From contig JACPLG010000007.1 in the NCBI GenBank assembly GCA_016186625.1, positions 10,426-74,425 of the forward strand: a DNA stretch of 64,000 nucleotides. Reading direction: 5' to 3'. Below the pieces are notes generated by a model. That model did no database searches. It was not told the origin of the DNA and saw only the letters and a list, made by a program, of their open reading frames with translations. The translations under genes and the position numbers were made by a program. Source of the stretch: Candidatus Levyibacteriota bacterium. GTDB taxonomy: Bacteria; Patescibacteriota; Microgenomatia; Levybacterales; UBA12049. Positions 17,026 to 26,725 of this stretch are shown here, in pieces (position 1 is the stretch's first letter; every line of letters starts with the position of its first letter).

Positions 17026-18522
17026 ATGCTTAAAAAATTTTCAATAAGCCTCAGGATAAGATTACTGATCTCAATTGCAGTAGCTTCCTTAGTTATCGCT
17101 CCACAAATCGTTGCATTTCTAATTACTCCAAGTATGTACGTATTTAATGGCATAAACACAATTTCTAATTTCAACGATGTTGAAGGAGTTTACTTCTCAG
17201 TGATTAAACAGTCTTCTGAGGGTGGCTTCAAATATATTAATCAATTTGACTTTGGCTCAACCCCATTTTTTCTTTACCCCGTTTATTTAGTCCTCGGAAA
17301 AATTGCAGCACTTGGTAATTTATCAATACCATTTGTATACCACCTGTCTTCTCTCATTCTCTCTTTCACTTTTTCTATGTTCCTCTTTAAGTTTTTATCC
17401 CTATTTTTCACTAAAGTCAAAGAAGTATTTTTAGCCTTTTTATTAATTAATTTTGGTGGAGTATTGTTAATGATTGTTCCCGAAGCTAATGTTTTTGTTA
17501 GCTACACCTTCCCGCATTTTATAGTTGCTCAGATGTCTCTTTTTATATCCATCTATTTTCTAATAAGATATGCTTCTTATCAAAACCCCCTGAACCTATT
17601 TGTCATTTTTTTTGCAACTTTTATCCTTTCTATGGTTCATCCCTGGATGAGTCTTCTTTTAGGAGTTTCATATTTTATATGGGCAACTTACTTATTCCAG
17701 AGAAACGGTAATCCTAGATATTATTTGCCAATGATTGCAATCCTAGCCGCTTCAGTTCCTTGGCTGTATTTTTATAGTTCAAATGTTTTTTGGACAACAT
17801 TTCCCTTAAAGTCAAAAATAGTTTTGTTGCCTCTCATTTTCGGGCCCTTTTTATTCCTGGCAATACTAGGTCTGTTTAATATTAAATTCAAGAAGAAAAT
17901 AGACTCTTTCATATTCTTAAGAATTTGGCTTTTAACTCAAGTTGTCTTCATGTATCTTCCTTTTGCATTCCAAAGGAGGTTTTCTGAAGGAATCTCTGTA
18001 CCAATTGCAATCTTTGCTGTATTAGGCATAAAGAAACTGATAAATTTCCATGCTCCTTCTAAGCCACTAATAGTTATAACTCTGCCATTTTTATTTACCT
18101 TCATTTTTGTCTATCCTTTAATTAATATTTTCTGGTTAATAGATAATAAAGATGTATACAAAACTCCCGGAGAAATAAATGCAGCTAAATACCTAGATCA
18201 AAATGGTGGGTTTGATAAAAGAATTTTATCTTCTCCTTACAATGGTAATTTCATTGCAGGAAGGGCGAAAATCTCAGTTTACCTAGGCCATGGAACACAA
18301 ACACCTAATTTTGACCAAAAATTGATTATTACTGCCAGTTTCTATAAAGGAGAAACGAGTAAAAAGGAAAGGGAGGAATTTCTTAAGAAAGAAAGCATTT
18401 GTTATATTTACGTAGGTCCTCAAGAAACTCAAGTTCTAAAGATAAACTTAGATAAAGAGACGTACATTCAGAAGGTTTTCCATGAAAATGAAATCTCTTT
18501 GTATAAACTCAAAATCTGTTAG
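17026..18522 (+). CDS. polytopic membrane protein (possible glycosyltransferase or other envelope function)
   Basis: 498 aa with more than 10 TM helices and no catalytic motif recognised. Confidence 0.4.
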   Translation: MLKKFSISLRIRLLISIAVASLVIAPQIVAFLITPSMYVFNGINTISNFNDVEGVYFSVIKQSSEGGFKYINQFDFGSTPFFLYPVYLVLGKIAALGNLSIPFVYHLSSLILSFTFSMFLFKFLSLFFTKVKEVFLAFLLINFGGVLLMIVPEANVFVSYTFPHFIVAQMSLFISIYFLIRYASYQNPLNLFVIFFATFILSMVHPWMSLLLGVSYFIWATYLFQRNGNPRYYLPMIAILAASVPWLYFYSSNVFWTTFPLKSKIVLLPLIFGPFLFLAILGLFNIKFKKKIDSFIFLRIWLLTQVVFMYLPFAFQRRFSEGISVPIAIFAVLGIKKLINFHAPSKPLIVITLPFLFTFIFVYPLINIFWLIDNKDVYKTPGEINAAKYLDQNGGFDKRILSSPYNGNFIAGRAKISVYLGHGTQTPNFDQKLIITASFYKGETSKKEREEFLKKESICYIYVGPQETQVLKINLDKETYIQKVFHENEISLYKLKIC

Positions 18523-18527
18523 TTTTT

Positions 18528-19088
18528 TTAGACCTCGTATTTATAGATTTTGGCTCTCTCGTGTTCGAATGAGGACATCTGAAGTTGCGTCATTTTTTCA
18601 AAATAGCGCCTAATGGGCCGAAGGCTGTTTCCCGAAGCGCAGATAAAAATGACGTCATTTTGCCAGACGTTTTGAAGAAGCTCTTTGAGAAACTCTAAAA
18701 CTCTTTCTTCAACCTGTTTTAGGCTCTCGCCTCCCGGAGGAGGAGTGTCATAGCCCCTGTGCCAGGCTGGATATTCTTTGGGGTAAAGCTCGGCTGTTTT
18801 TTTCTTACTTTTTCCGGTAAGATCCCCATAATCCCTCTCTCTAATTCTTGGATCTGCAACTACAACTTCTGTTCCGCCGTGTGGCTCTAAGACAATTTCC
18901 AGGGTGTGCTTTGTCCGTTTATTTGGAGCGCAAAATGCCTTGGTAACTTTTTCTTTTTTTAGCTCGTCTCTTATTTTTTTTGCTTCCTCCAAACCTTGTG
19001 GCGTTAAATCCGGGTCGCGGCGTCCTGAAAAAATGCCGTCTTTGTTGTCTGTTGTCTGGGCATGACGGAAAACAAATAATTTTGCCAT
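18528..19088 (-). CDS. histidine phosphatase family protein (phosphoglycerate mutase-like)
   Basis: N-terminal FVFRHAQTTDNKDGIFSGRRDPDLTPQG matches the RHG motif. Confidence 0.75.
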   Translation of the reverse strand: MAKLFVFRHAQTTDNKDGIFSGRRDPDLTPQGLEEAKKIRDELKKEKVTKAFCAPNKRTKHTLEIVLEPHGGTEVVVADPRIRERDYGDLTGKSKKKTAELYPKEYPAWHRGYDTPPPGGESLKQVEERVLEFLKELLQNVWQNDVIFICASGNSLRPIRRYFEKMTQLQMSSFEHERAKIYKYEV

Positions 19089-19169
19089 GATATATTAGGG
19101 TGTAGGGCGTAGGTGGTAGGGTGTAGTTCGAATCAAACTAAACGCTATACGCTAAACCCTATTCGCTAA

Positions 19170-19958
19170 ATGAAATTGCTTGATCTTATTTTCCCAAAAT
19201 ATTGTGTTAATTGCAAAAAATTCGGCGATTATCTTTGTCCTGATTGTTTTTCCCGTCTCTCATTTGATACAAAAAATATCTGTTTGGCATGCGGAAATCC
19301 TTCTTTTGACGGTTTGACTCATCCAAGGTGCAGTAGCCGTTATCGAATAGATGGCTCATTCACAGGAGTTGTTTTTAATCCTATCTCAAAAAAGCTAATT
19401 TATCAATTCAAATACAAGCCTTATTTATCCGGTTTGTCATCGTTTTTAACAGATTTACTTTATGAATCTCTTATTCAAAATGAAGAGTTTAATAAGGTTC
19501 TTCGTTTGCCATTGATGCTTGTTCCAATTCCTCTTAGCCCGAAACGATTTAAAAAAAGAGGATATAACCAGGCTGAAATTCTGGCAAAAAGTCTTTCCAA
19601 AAAGTTTGGTTCCCCGGTTGTTAATTACCTTGTTCGAACGAGAGAAACTCGTTCGCAAGTTGGTTTAACCAAAGAAAAGAGGAAAGAAAATGTTTCCGGC
19701 GCATTTGCATTGAGGAAAAATGTTCGGGGTCCTGCCACTCGTTTCCCTCCCGCCAGTGCTCGTTCACGAAACACTGACATCCGCGCTGTCTGGAGCCCTT
19801 CCACTCCTGTCACCCCTCACATTTTAATTGAAAATAAAAATATAATTCTAATTGACGATGTTTTGACAACTGGTTCTACTTTCTCCGAAGCTGGAAATGT
19901 TTTGAAAAGAGCTGGAGCTGCAAAAGTCTGGGCAATTGCCTTTGCAAGGGAACAATGA
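19170..19958 (+). CDS. comFC: ComF family protein (double zinc ribbon plus phosphoribosyltransferase domain)
   Basis: CVNCKKFGDYLCPDCF and CLACG ribbons. C-terminal IILIDDVLTTGSTF is the PRTase motif. A GC-rich in-frame insertion at 19727..19815 matches the family A repeat terminus. Confidence 0.75.
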   Translation: MKLLDLIFPKYCVNCKKFGDYLCPDCFSRLSFDTKNICLACGNPSFDGLTHPRCSSRYRIDGSFTGVVFNPISKKLIYQFKYKPYLSGLSSFLTDLLYESLIQNEEFNKVLRLPLMLVPIPLSPKRFKKRGYNQAEILAKSLSKKFGSPVVNYLVRTRETRSQVGLTKEKRKENVSGAFALRKNVRGPATRFPPASARSRNTDIRAVWSPSTPVTPHILIENKNIILIDDVLTTGSTFSEAGNVLKRAGAAKVWAIAFAREQ

Positions 19959-19997
19959 TCTTAGCTGTTAGCAACTAGCTTCTAGCGTCTAGTTATT

Positions 19998-20030
19998 GTT
20001 GACTTTGGACGGCGAAATATGATAATATAC
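19998..20030 (+). promoter_or_regulatory. sigma70-like promoter of the putative tmRNA
   Basis: ttgact, 18-nt spacer, taatat, then 8 nt to the ggggatg start. Confidence 0.45.
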
Positions 20031-20037
20031 GCACATT

Positions 20038-20436
20038 GGGGATGCATCGCATCGACAAGATTAGTTCTTTAAAAACTGCAAGCCGTCAACGATTAAAAAG
20101 ACGTTAACTTTGATCAAAAATTAAATGCTATAAAAGCGTTTAAAGCTAATGTTTTGGCTTTTGCCAGAACACTTAGCGCTCCATTTGCAGCACCGGCATT
20201 AGCCTTTGCTTAAATAGAGCTGTTCATTATATCTTCCTCAGGTGAGACATTTTGAGCATAAACTTAGCCTGAGAAACTGTAAGGAAGGCGGTTAGGTCCT
20301 TATTGTATTTATAACCTCGGCTCTTTTTATGGATGTTGATTTTCAAAGAAAAGAGTGATCAAAAAAATAATCAACTATGCTTGTAGAAGTTTTTAAACGC
20401 AATTCTTGCACTCGGGATCACTTCCCGACATCTCCA
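20038..20436 (+). ncRNA. ssrA: putative tmRNA (SsrA)
   Basis: 5' end ggggatgcatcgcatcgac resembles the tmRNA consensus GGGG.UG...UUCGAC. The 3' T-arm-like tcggg-atcactt-cccga is followed by catctcc pairing with the 5' end. Internal open frame ends ...AAPALAFA-taa at 20211. Adjacent to smpB. Confidence 0.55.
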
Positions 20437-20440
20437 CAAA

Positions 20441-20472
20441 AAGCCCTGACATAGTGTTCAGGGTTTTTTATT
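20441..20472 (+). terminator. intrinsic terminator after the tmRNA
   Basis: gccctgaca-tag-tgttcaggg followed by ttttttatt. Confidence 0.5.
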
Positions 20473-20917
20473 GGGATCCTGCGAGTTCTTGTTCTATATC
20501 TCGATTAAGATCTGCTCTTTTTTTAGCCTCTTTTTTGTCATATTGGCGTTTGCCTTTTCCAAGGCCTACCTCAACTTTAATCAACCCGTGTTTGTCATAA
20601 AGCGAAATAGGCACCAAGCTGGTGTTTGATCCTTCAGTTTTTCCCTTGAGTGAAATTATTTCTTTTTTATGGAGCAAAAGCTTTCTGGTTCTTGTTTCCT
20701 GATAGTTTTCCGGCCGGGCGTATTCGTATGGAAAAATTTTGGCATTAATTAGATATGCCTCGCTTCCCATAATGCGAACAAAGCTTCCGGTCAGGTCCGC
20801 ATGACCCATTTTAACAGCCTTAACTTCAGCTCCATTAAGATTTATGCCAGCCTCAAACTTATCCCCGATAAGATAATCATAAAATGCGCGTCTATTAGTG
20901 ATTTTCATATAGTTCAA
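20468..20917 (-). CDS. smpB: SsrA-binding protein SmpB
   Basis: Full-length match to SmpB (AFYDYLI...GAEVKAVK...LLLHKKEI). Confidence 0.9.
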   Translation of the reverse strand: MNYMKITNRRAFYDYLIGDKFEAGINLNGAEVKAVKMGHADLTGSFVRIMGSEAYLINAKIFPYEYARPENYQETRTRKLLLHKKEIISLKGKTEGSNTSLVPISLYDKHGLIKVEVGLGKGKRQYDKKEAKKRADLNRDIEQELAGSQ

Positions 20918-21029
20918 TTGTTACATTGTTCGATTGCTGCTCGGCTTGCCTCGCTTATTGTTGAACAGTTAGCAATTAAACAATAGAGCAATGGAGCAAT
21001 TGCTTTCCAATCATAGCCCAAAAGAGGGT

Positions 21030-22910
21030 TTACTTCAAATCGATTTGGTAGACTTTGCCACCGGAGAGAATAAAGATTTTTTTGCCGGTTTCGTCAACAT
21101 CAAGATCTTTTGCATTTTTTATGACACCGGCTGAATAAGCAGACACAAATTTACCATCTTTGTCAAGAACGATCACTCTTGAATTACCATTGTCCAGAAT
21201 ATAGATATTGTCCGAATCTTCGTTGGTGGCTATTCGAGAAGGTTTGGACATTGCTTTTTCAACCCCTGAAACAGAGAATGAATCCTCTTTCCCTCTTGTA
21301 TATTTTTTAATAGAGCCATCATCAAGGAGAATATAGACTGATCCATCAATTGCCATGGCAATACTACTTCCCAGATCAGGAGCCTCTGAAAAATAATCAG
21401 TTTTGTTGTAAGCGCTTTCTGAGGCTCCAACAAATTTCAATATCCCATCTCGCCTGTCTAGCACATAAACATTAGAGCCAAACAGACCAATTCCGCCCTC
21501 CTCTTTCCAATCCTTTTTTATGATTTGCTCTTTTTCATTGTTTCCTTTATCAATTCGAGACACTCCAGAGGAGTCAACAAAATAAATAAAATCCTCATTT
21601 TGGGCAAAATATGTGGCTTTTGGATTGTCAATTTCTACTAAGAGGAGCTTGCTTTCAGACTTTTCTACTTCTTTTGCTGAAACAATCTGTCCATCGGTGC
21701 TTGCGGAAACCTCTTTATTAACCTGTGCGAGAAGGTCTTCAATTTGTTTATCTTCCGTTGAACCCTGCCTAAACCTGTCTTTGTTTTCATCCAATATTTT
21801 CTTGGCTTCCCTAAAACTTTCCTGTGCAAGAGGCGCATTTAAATCTTTTAAGTTTTGTCCCTCGTCATATTTTTCCTGAGCTGAAGTAATTACGCTCTCA
21901 AAAAGTTCTTTGTCCGCTTGAGACTGTCTTCCTGTGAGAGCTAAAAATGCGCTTGCAGCAATAAGAACAATTAAAACTCCGGCAATAGTTAGCGCCACTC
22001 TTCTTCTATGAGATAAGGGATAAGGCAGTCTTTTTACCAAACCTAAGCCAAAACCAAACGAGACTCTCCTTCTTCTGGGCAACTGATCAGATAAAAATGG
22101 AGAAGTTGGCTCCATTGCCTCTTCTACCTCATCAATTGGAAAAGTCTCCGGCTGGGGTTCTTGTACGGGCTCTGACACTTGGTCTATATCCTCTGGAGGA
22201 GTCTTTGCAAGAGTCTGATCACTTGAAGTAATTTGCTCTTTCTCCTCTAAGGCCTCGTCTTCTATTTCGGTTTCTGGCTCTTCGGAGGGAGGAGTCATTT
22301 CTTCAAGACCGGCCTTTTTATATAAAAGTATAATTGATGAGGCAGCGCCTTCCGGCTTTTCATGCAAATGTGGCGCTAAGCTTTCCGCAATATCCTCTGG
22401 GTTGTTATGATCAAGAGACGAGGCTAAAATAGACTGTGGAATTACTTTCTGGAAAGATTTTGTCTCAAGAATAATTATATCTTCCTCCTGAACGTATCCC
22501 GAAGCAGACTTAATAGTTTGGGTTTCATCAGCCTCAAGAACAGTCCCAATTTTGTCCCCACTCTTAAGAACAGCTTTACCGCCACCTGTAGCAAAAAGAT
22601 AAAGGACATTTTCACTAAGATAACAAAGAATCATGGAAAGTTTGATGTCTTCTCTTATTTTCCCAACAGTAGTAGTGATGGCTTGTTTTATGGACTGAAG
22701 ATCTTTTTTTTCAAGTGTAAAAAATTCGCTTTCAAGTGTTGAAATTAAATCTTTGCCAATAGAATTTAGATGTTCCCCTCCGGCCTCTGGGATAATATCA
22801 GTCTCAAGAGAAAAGGCAGCAAAGAGGCGTCCTGCGCTATATGCCTGAGACCAGGCTCCTGGCGTAGGTGTTGCGACAACTTTACTAAAATTTAAATTTG
22901 TTTCTGCCAT
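21030..22910 (-). CDS. single-pass membrane protein with a cytoplasmic N-terminal domain and extracytoplasmic beta-propeller-like repeats
   Basis: TM at about residue 300. C-terminal repeated (V/I)Y(V/I)LD motifs (VYVLDRRDG, VYILLDDGS, IYILDNGNS) suggest NHL/YVTN-type blades. Confidence 0.45.
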   Translation of the reverse strand: MAETNLNFSKVVATPTPGAWSQAYSAGRLFAAFSLETDIIPEAGGEHLNSIGKDLISTLESEFFTLEKKDLQSIKQAITTTVGKIREDIKLSMILCYLSENVLYLFATGGGKAVLKSGDKIGTVLEADETQTIKSASGYVQEEDIIILETKSFQKVIPQSILASSLDHNNPEDIAESLAPHLHEKPEGAASSIILLYKKAGLEEMTPPSEEPETEIEDEALEEKEQITSSDQTLAKTPPEDIDQVSEPVQEPQPETFPIDEVEEAMEPTSPFLSDQLPRRRRVSFGFGLGLVKRLPYPLSHRRRVALTIAGVLIVLIAASAFLALTGRQSQADKELFESVITSAQEKYDEGQNLKDLNAPLAQESFREAKKILDENKDRFRQGSTEDKQIEDLLAQVNKEVSASTDGQIVSAKEVEKSESKLLLVEIDNPKATYFAQNEDFIYFVDSSGVSRIDKGNNEKEQIIKKDWKEEGGIGLFGSNVYVLDRRDGILKFVGASESAYNKTDYFSEAPDLGSSIAMAIDGSVYILLDDGSIKKYTRGKEDSFSVSGVEKAMSKPSRIATNEDSDNIYILDNGNSRVIVLDKDGKFVSAYSAGVIKNAKDLDVDETGKKIFILSGGKVYQIDLK

Positions 22911-23062
22911 TTCGTCGTCGGATCACAGCTTCCTGTCTTCATTGCGAACTTTAGTTCGCAATTTTGACTTCTTGCTGGATCCTCCTCTTCAAAATCCTTC
23001 GGATTTTGAGAAAATCTCGCTTACGCTCGATTTTAAAAAATTATTGCCTTATAAACAATAAT

Positions 23063-23311
23063 TTATAAAACAATAAGGGCAGCAACAAAAATTGAAATTC
23101 CAATAATAACGTTAAGTAATGCAATACTGTTGAGTAAAGACGAAGAAGTTCCGTCATTTACTACTGCCTGCATTGCCCTAGATTGCTTATAAACAACAAG
23201 AAGAAACCCAACATACATTCCGTTAACAATAAGGAATATAACTTTAATTAAAGTTAGGGCAGAGAATATGTTAAAAATTTGATCAAACATGAATATGTTG
23301 AACTTTTCCAA
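23063..23311 (-). CDS. small membrane protein
   Basis: 82 aa with two TM helices. Weak call. Confidence 0.3.
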   Translation of the reverse strand: MEKFNIFMFDQIFNIFSALTLIKVIFLIVNGMYVGFLLVVYKQSRAMQAVVNDGTSSSLLNSIALLNVIIGISIFVAALIVL

Positions 23312-24002
23312 TCAAATCATTAATGATGTTAATTATTCTCTCAGGATGGGGGACAGCAAGAAATTCGAAGTTTGCCGCCGGACCTGCCGTATGTATATGG
23401 ACATCTCCGTAGTCAAAAATCGAGCGAATTATTCCTACCTGTTTATAACCAACATCTTCTACCTGGCTCAACTTGGTAGCATCTACATTTTCAAACACTA
23501 AGCTTGAAAAGTCAATATCTATTATTCGTTTGTCAGTAACCAGTCCAATGTTGTAAAACCAGGTTAAATAATTAACGAATATAAATCCCACTACAAAAAA
23601 ATAATAAAGAAGAAGAATCATGAAAATATAAATAGGAGGGAGAAAATTAATTGGTAAACCCCCAAATTGCGTAATGGCAATGAAAATAAACGGAGAAATT
23701 ACCAGTGCTAGGGCTGAAACGATCCAAGGTACATTGGTAATAAAATGTTTTCGCAAAAATAATAAAAGCTCTTCATTTTCAAGTCGATCGGCAAAGGTCA
23801 CTCCAAGAGGCCTTTCACAATACGCTGTAGTCAGATGATTATGAGAATGACCTTCGTTACCCTCAAATTCTATTATTTGTTTTCTTAAATCTATGCTCTT
23901 TAGTTCTTTGTTTTTTCTTTTCTCTTCCGCCTTGCTCTCTGTTATCTCCTCACTTTTAGGGTTGTCGTTTTTTAATGTATTTCCGACAAAAATATCAGGC
24001 AT
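23283..24002 (-). CDS. YdbS/YdbT-like bacterial PH-domain membrane protein (bPH_2)
   Basis: TM hairpin followed by VTDKRIIDIDFSSLVFENVD. Confidence 0.5.
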   Translation of the reverse strand: MPDIFVGNTLKNDNPKSEEITESKAEEKRKNKELKSIDLRKQIIEFEGNEGHSHNHLTTAYCERPLGVTFADRLENEELLLFLRKHFITNVPWIVSALALVISPFIFIAITQFGGLPINFLPPIYIFMILLLYYFFVVGFIFVNYLTWFYNIGLVTDKRIIDIDFSSLVFENVDATKLSQVEDVGYKQVGIIRSIFDYGDVHIHTAGPAANFEFLAVPHPERIINIINDLIGKVQHIHV

Positions 24003-24035
24003 TGTAAAAATAGTAAATAGTAAATAGTAAATATT

Positions 24036-24200
24036 TTTCAGAATACTCAGAAGTTTACTCAGATCGTCAGAAAAAATCAGACAATCAGATAATCAGAAAT
24101 CCGGAACTCTGAAACACTGATTCTCTGAAAATATCTGGTACTCTGAGTTTTCCGAGTTTTCTGGGCAGGGAGAACGAGCGACAGGACCCCGAGCGGAGAT
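24036..24200. repeat. family A palindromic element, inverted copy of 27341..27575
   Basis: Reverse complement is near-identical (about 170 bp) to the 27341 copy, apart from a 62-bp GC-rich insertion in the latter. Confidence 0.7.
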
Positions 24201-24240
24201 CGATGATTTAACATGCGACAATTATAGCATTCTCCTGCAA

Positions 24241-25923
24241 TTATTTTCTCTCAATATTATAAAGGGGACCGACTATTTGAATATTGGCTGGAGCGCGCAA
24301 ATTAAAGTATGTTTTAAAATCAGAGCCGGAAAAAGTTTGAGAACCTGAGTTGCCAACTATTGTTATTGAACTTACTCTTCCACCACCAAAATCGGCAGAA
24401 ACCGTTACGCTTGAAACGCTGGTAAAAGGCGTCCCGCCACGACTTCCTAGCTCTTGTCTTACTCTTGCGCCGTCCCAAGTGTCAGTCCCTGCCGGGTTGG
24501 GCTTATCAATTTGATATAAATGTTCTCTTGTCCCGCCATCTCTGGCAACTAGCATTAAAACATTTACAATGTCGGCTACCTCTTCAGATTTTAGCCAAGC
24601 AGTTTTATTGTACTCCGTCCTAGATCCCCAATCGCAGTAAAACCATGGAGAATCTTTATCATAAGCATTTGACGAAAGATCGGAAAATCCTGAGGCTGAT
24701 CCACTGGTAGTATCTGTTGCGTGTTTTGTCCAAGAAGTATCATTCCAGCCAATTTCTCCTGTTGTAAATATATATCCGCCATGTGTTGAAGAGTACCAAG
24801 ACTTTATCGGGTTTCCACCCTGAACCATTACCCATCCCCGAGTTTCATTAACAGCTTGTTCCCAGCGCCCGCCCTTGGGATCTGGTTTAAATACCTGACA
24901 ACTTTGAGTTGTACAAATTGACCCCGCTCCGTTATTTGTATAAGCAAGCGCATAAGACCGCGCCGCAACGGCTTGCGCTTTTAAAGCCTCCATCTCCCAA
25001 GACTCTGGCATTTCATAAATTCTTTTAACATAGTCCTCTATGTTATACGCTCCGTATCCATCTACATTGATATTGATATCGGCTGAATAGTCTTTCTTAA
25101 GTTCAAAGTTTTGATAATAAGCATTTAGTATTGTTTCTGCATTTTGCCCTGCTTTTGCTCTTCCATTTGCGCCATATTGATTTAAGCCTGTCCTATTGGG
25201 AACTCCATAAGTAAAGAAAGCGAATGCATTCGAAAAACCAGGATCTTTGTCTCTATCATCAACACAGCCTGCAAGGATTGTTCCCGCGGATCTTGGAATA
25301 TTAAGGCTTGCAAGTCGCTGCGATAATATCTGTTGCTGGCGGGCTGAAAGGGCTGCAATTTGACCGGAGAGAACTGCCTGGTATTTTTTTGCATCAGTTA
25401 CAATCTTATCAAGTCTGACTTTTATTTCTGCTAATCTTTTCTGCTCATCTTCAAGACTTGCCTTTTTTTCCTCGAGACTATTTATAAGAAGGGCGATGTT
25501 GGTGATTATTAGTTTATCTTTGTCTGCCGTAGCTCTCTGATAGGCAAGCACTTGGGTTAATTCGCTAGCTGAGCTTGCCGAGAGAAGAAGAAGCAGTGGG
25601 GAATTATAGTAGCTTTTGATGTAATAATTCCTTATTGCCAGGTTTAATTTTTCTGTTTGTTTTTCTAAATCTTTATAACCTTTTTCAATGTCATTCCTCT
25701 TTCTAATAAGATCATTTTCAATAAAGGCAACGCGATTCTTAATTACATTCAATTGCTGCTCAACTGGAGCGGTTGCGGCTTTTGACTGATTAAGAGCAGC
25801 TGTTAGCTCACTTATTTGTTTATTAATGTCATCAAGCTCATCTCCCCAAACCTTAGTAATGCCAATAAAAAGAGACAGCGCAAAAAGAAAAGAGAATAAA
25901 AAAAGAATGTGTTTGGGCATCAA
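24241..25923 (-). CDS. SpoIID/LytB domain protein with N-terminal coiled coil
   Basis: EALKAQAVAARSYA...CTTQSCQVF and WYSSTHGGY motifs, plus a signal peptide. Confidence 0.7.
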   Translation of the reverse strand: MMPKHILFLFSFLFALSLFIGITKVWGDELDDINKQISELTAALNQSKAATAPVEQQLNVIKNRVAFIENDLIRKRNDIEKGYKDLEKQTEKLNLAIRNYYIKSYYNSPLLLLLSASSASELTQVLAYQRATADKDKLIITNIALLINSLEEKKASLEDEQKRLAEIKVRLDKIVTDAKKYQAVLSGQIAALSARQQQILSQRLASLNIPRSAGTILAGCVDDRDKDPGFSNAFAFFTYGVPNRTGLNQYGANGRAKAGQNAETILNAYYQNFELKKDYSADININVDGYGAYNIEDYVKRIYEMPESWEMEALKAQAVAARSYALAYTNNGAGSICTTQSCQVFKPDPKGGRWEQAVNETRGWVMVQGGNPIKSWYSSTHGGYIFTTGEIGWNDTSWTKHATDTTSGSASGFSDLSSNAYDKDSPWFYCDWGSRTEYNKTAWLKSEEVADIVNVLMLVARDGGTREHLYQIDKPNPAGTDTWDGARVRQELGSRGGTPFTSVSSVTVSADFGGGRVSSITIVGNSGSQTFSGSDFKTYFNLRAPANIQIVGPLYNIERK

Positions 25924-25985
25924 CGGTATTATACCAAATCAAGTGTTGATGATTGAAATTTATTGTGATATAGTAAGCCAAAATT

Positions 25986-26546
25986 ATGGAAGAGATCTCT
26001 TATTCCGGAGGGAGAGTTCCTATAAGAAGAAGAGTCCCAAAAAGACTTGCTCTTTTTGGCATATTTTTTCTTATCATACTTCTACTTTTGGGAAGTGTTG
26101 CATATTTTGCTACCAGAGGAAGCTCCAACGATCAAGTCACAGAGTCGATTACTCTGCCAGAAGAGTCCGAACCAGAAATAACCGAAGAAGAGCCGACTCC
26201 GGAGGAATCTCCCGAGCCAACTGAAGAAGAAGAGCCAACTCCTACTCCCACAAGAGCTTCAACGCAAACCTCGTCTGGCACAGTTTCGGTTCAGAACGGA
26301 AGCGGGGAAACAGGAGTTGCCGCAGCTGCTGCAGCGGTTCTTCGTGACGGCGGATTTTCAATTGCATCAACTGGAAACGCGGATAATTTTGACTACACTG
26401 ATGTGACAATCCAAGTCAAAAATTCAAAAAAGAGCATTTTATCTTTACTTCAAGATGCCCTTTCTTCGGATTACACAATTGGTAAAACCTCAACAGACCT
26501 TCCGGAAAGCTCAGGCTATGACGCCCTGGTTATTATTGGAAAATAG
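25986..26546 (+). CDS. LytR_C domain-containing membrane-anchored protein
   Basis: N-terminal TM, Pro/Glu-rich linker, C-terminal VSVQNGSGETGVAAAAAAVLRDGGF...DVTIQV. Confidence 0.6.
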   Translation: MEEISYSGGRVPIRRRVPKRLALFGIFFLIILLLLGSVAYFATRGSSNDQVTESITLPEESEPEITEEEPTPEESPEPTEEEEPTPTPTRASTQTSSGTVSVQNGSGETGVAAAAAAVLRDGGFSIASTGNADNFDYTDVTIQVKNSKKSILSLLQDALSSDYTIGKTSTDLPESSGYDALVIIGK

Positions 26547-26725
26547 GACTTTTTAAAGCTTTGATGTCGCTTGCAAAATTTTCTTGGAGACGCTCCGCTC
26601 GCGTCGGCTAGGTCCTTTAATCCCGACGCTGCTTCGCTTGCCCTCCTGCGAAAATTTCGCAAGCTCCATACGCCTTTTCCCTTTGGTACTTGTGGTACTT
26701 TTGATACCCGTGATACCCTTACAAT

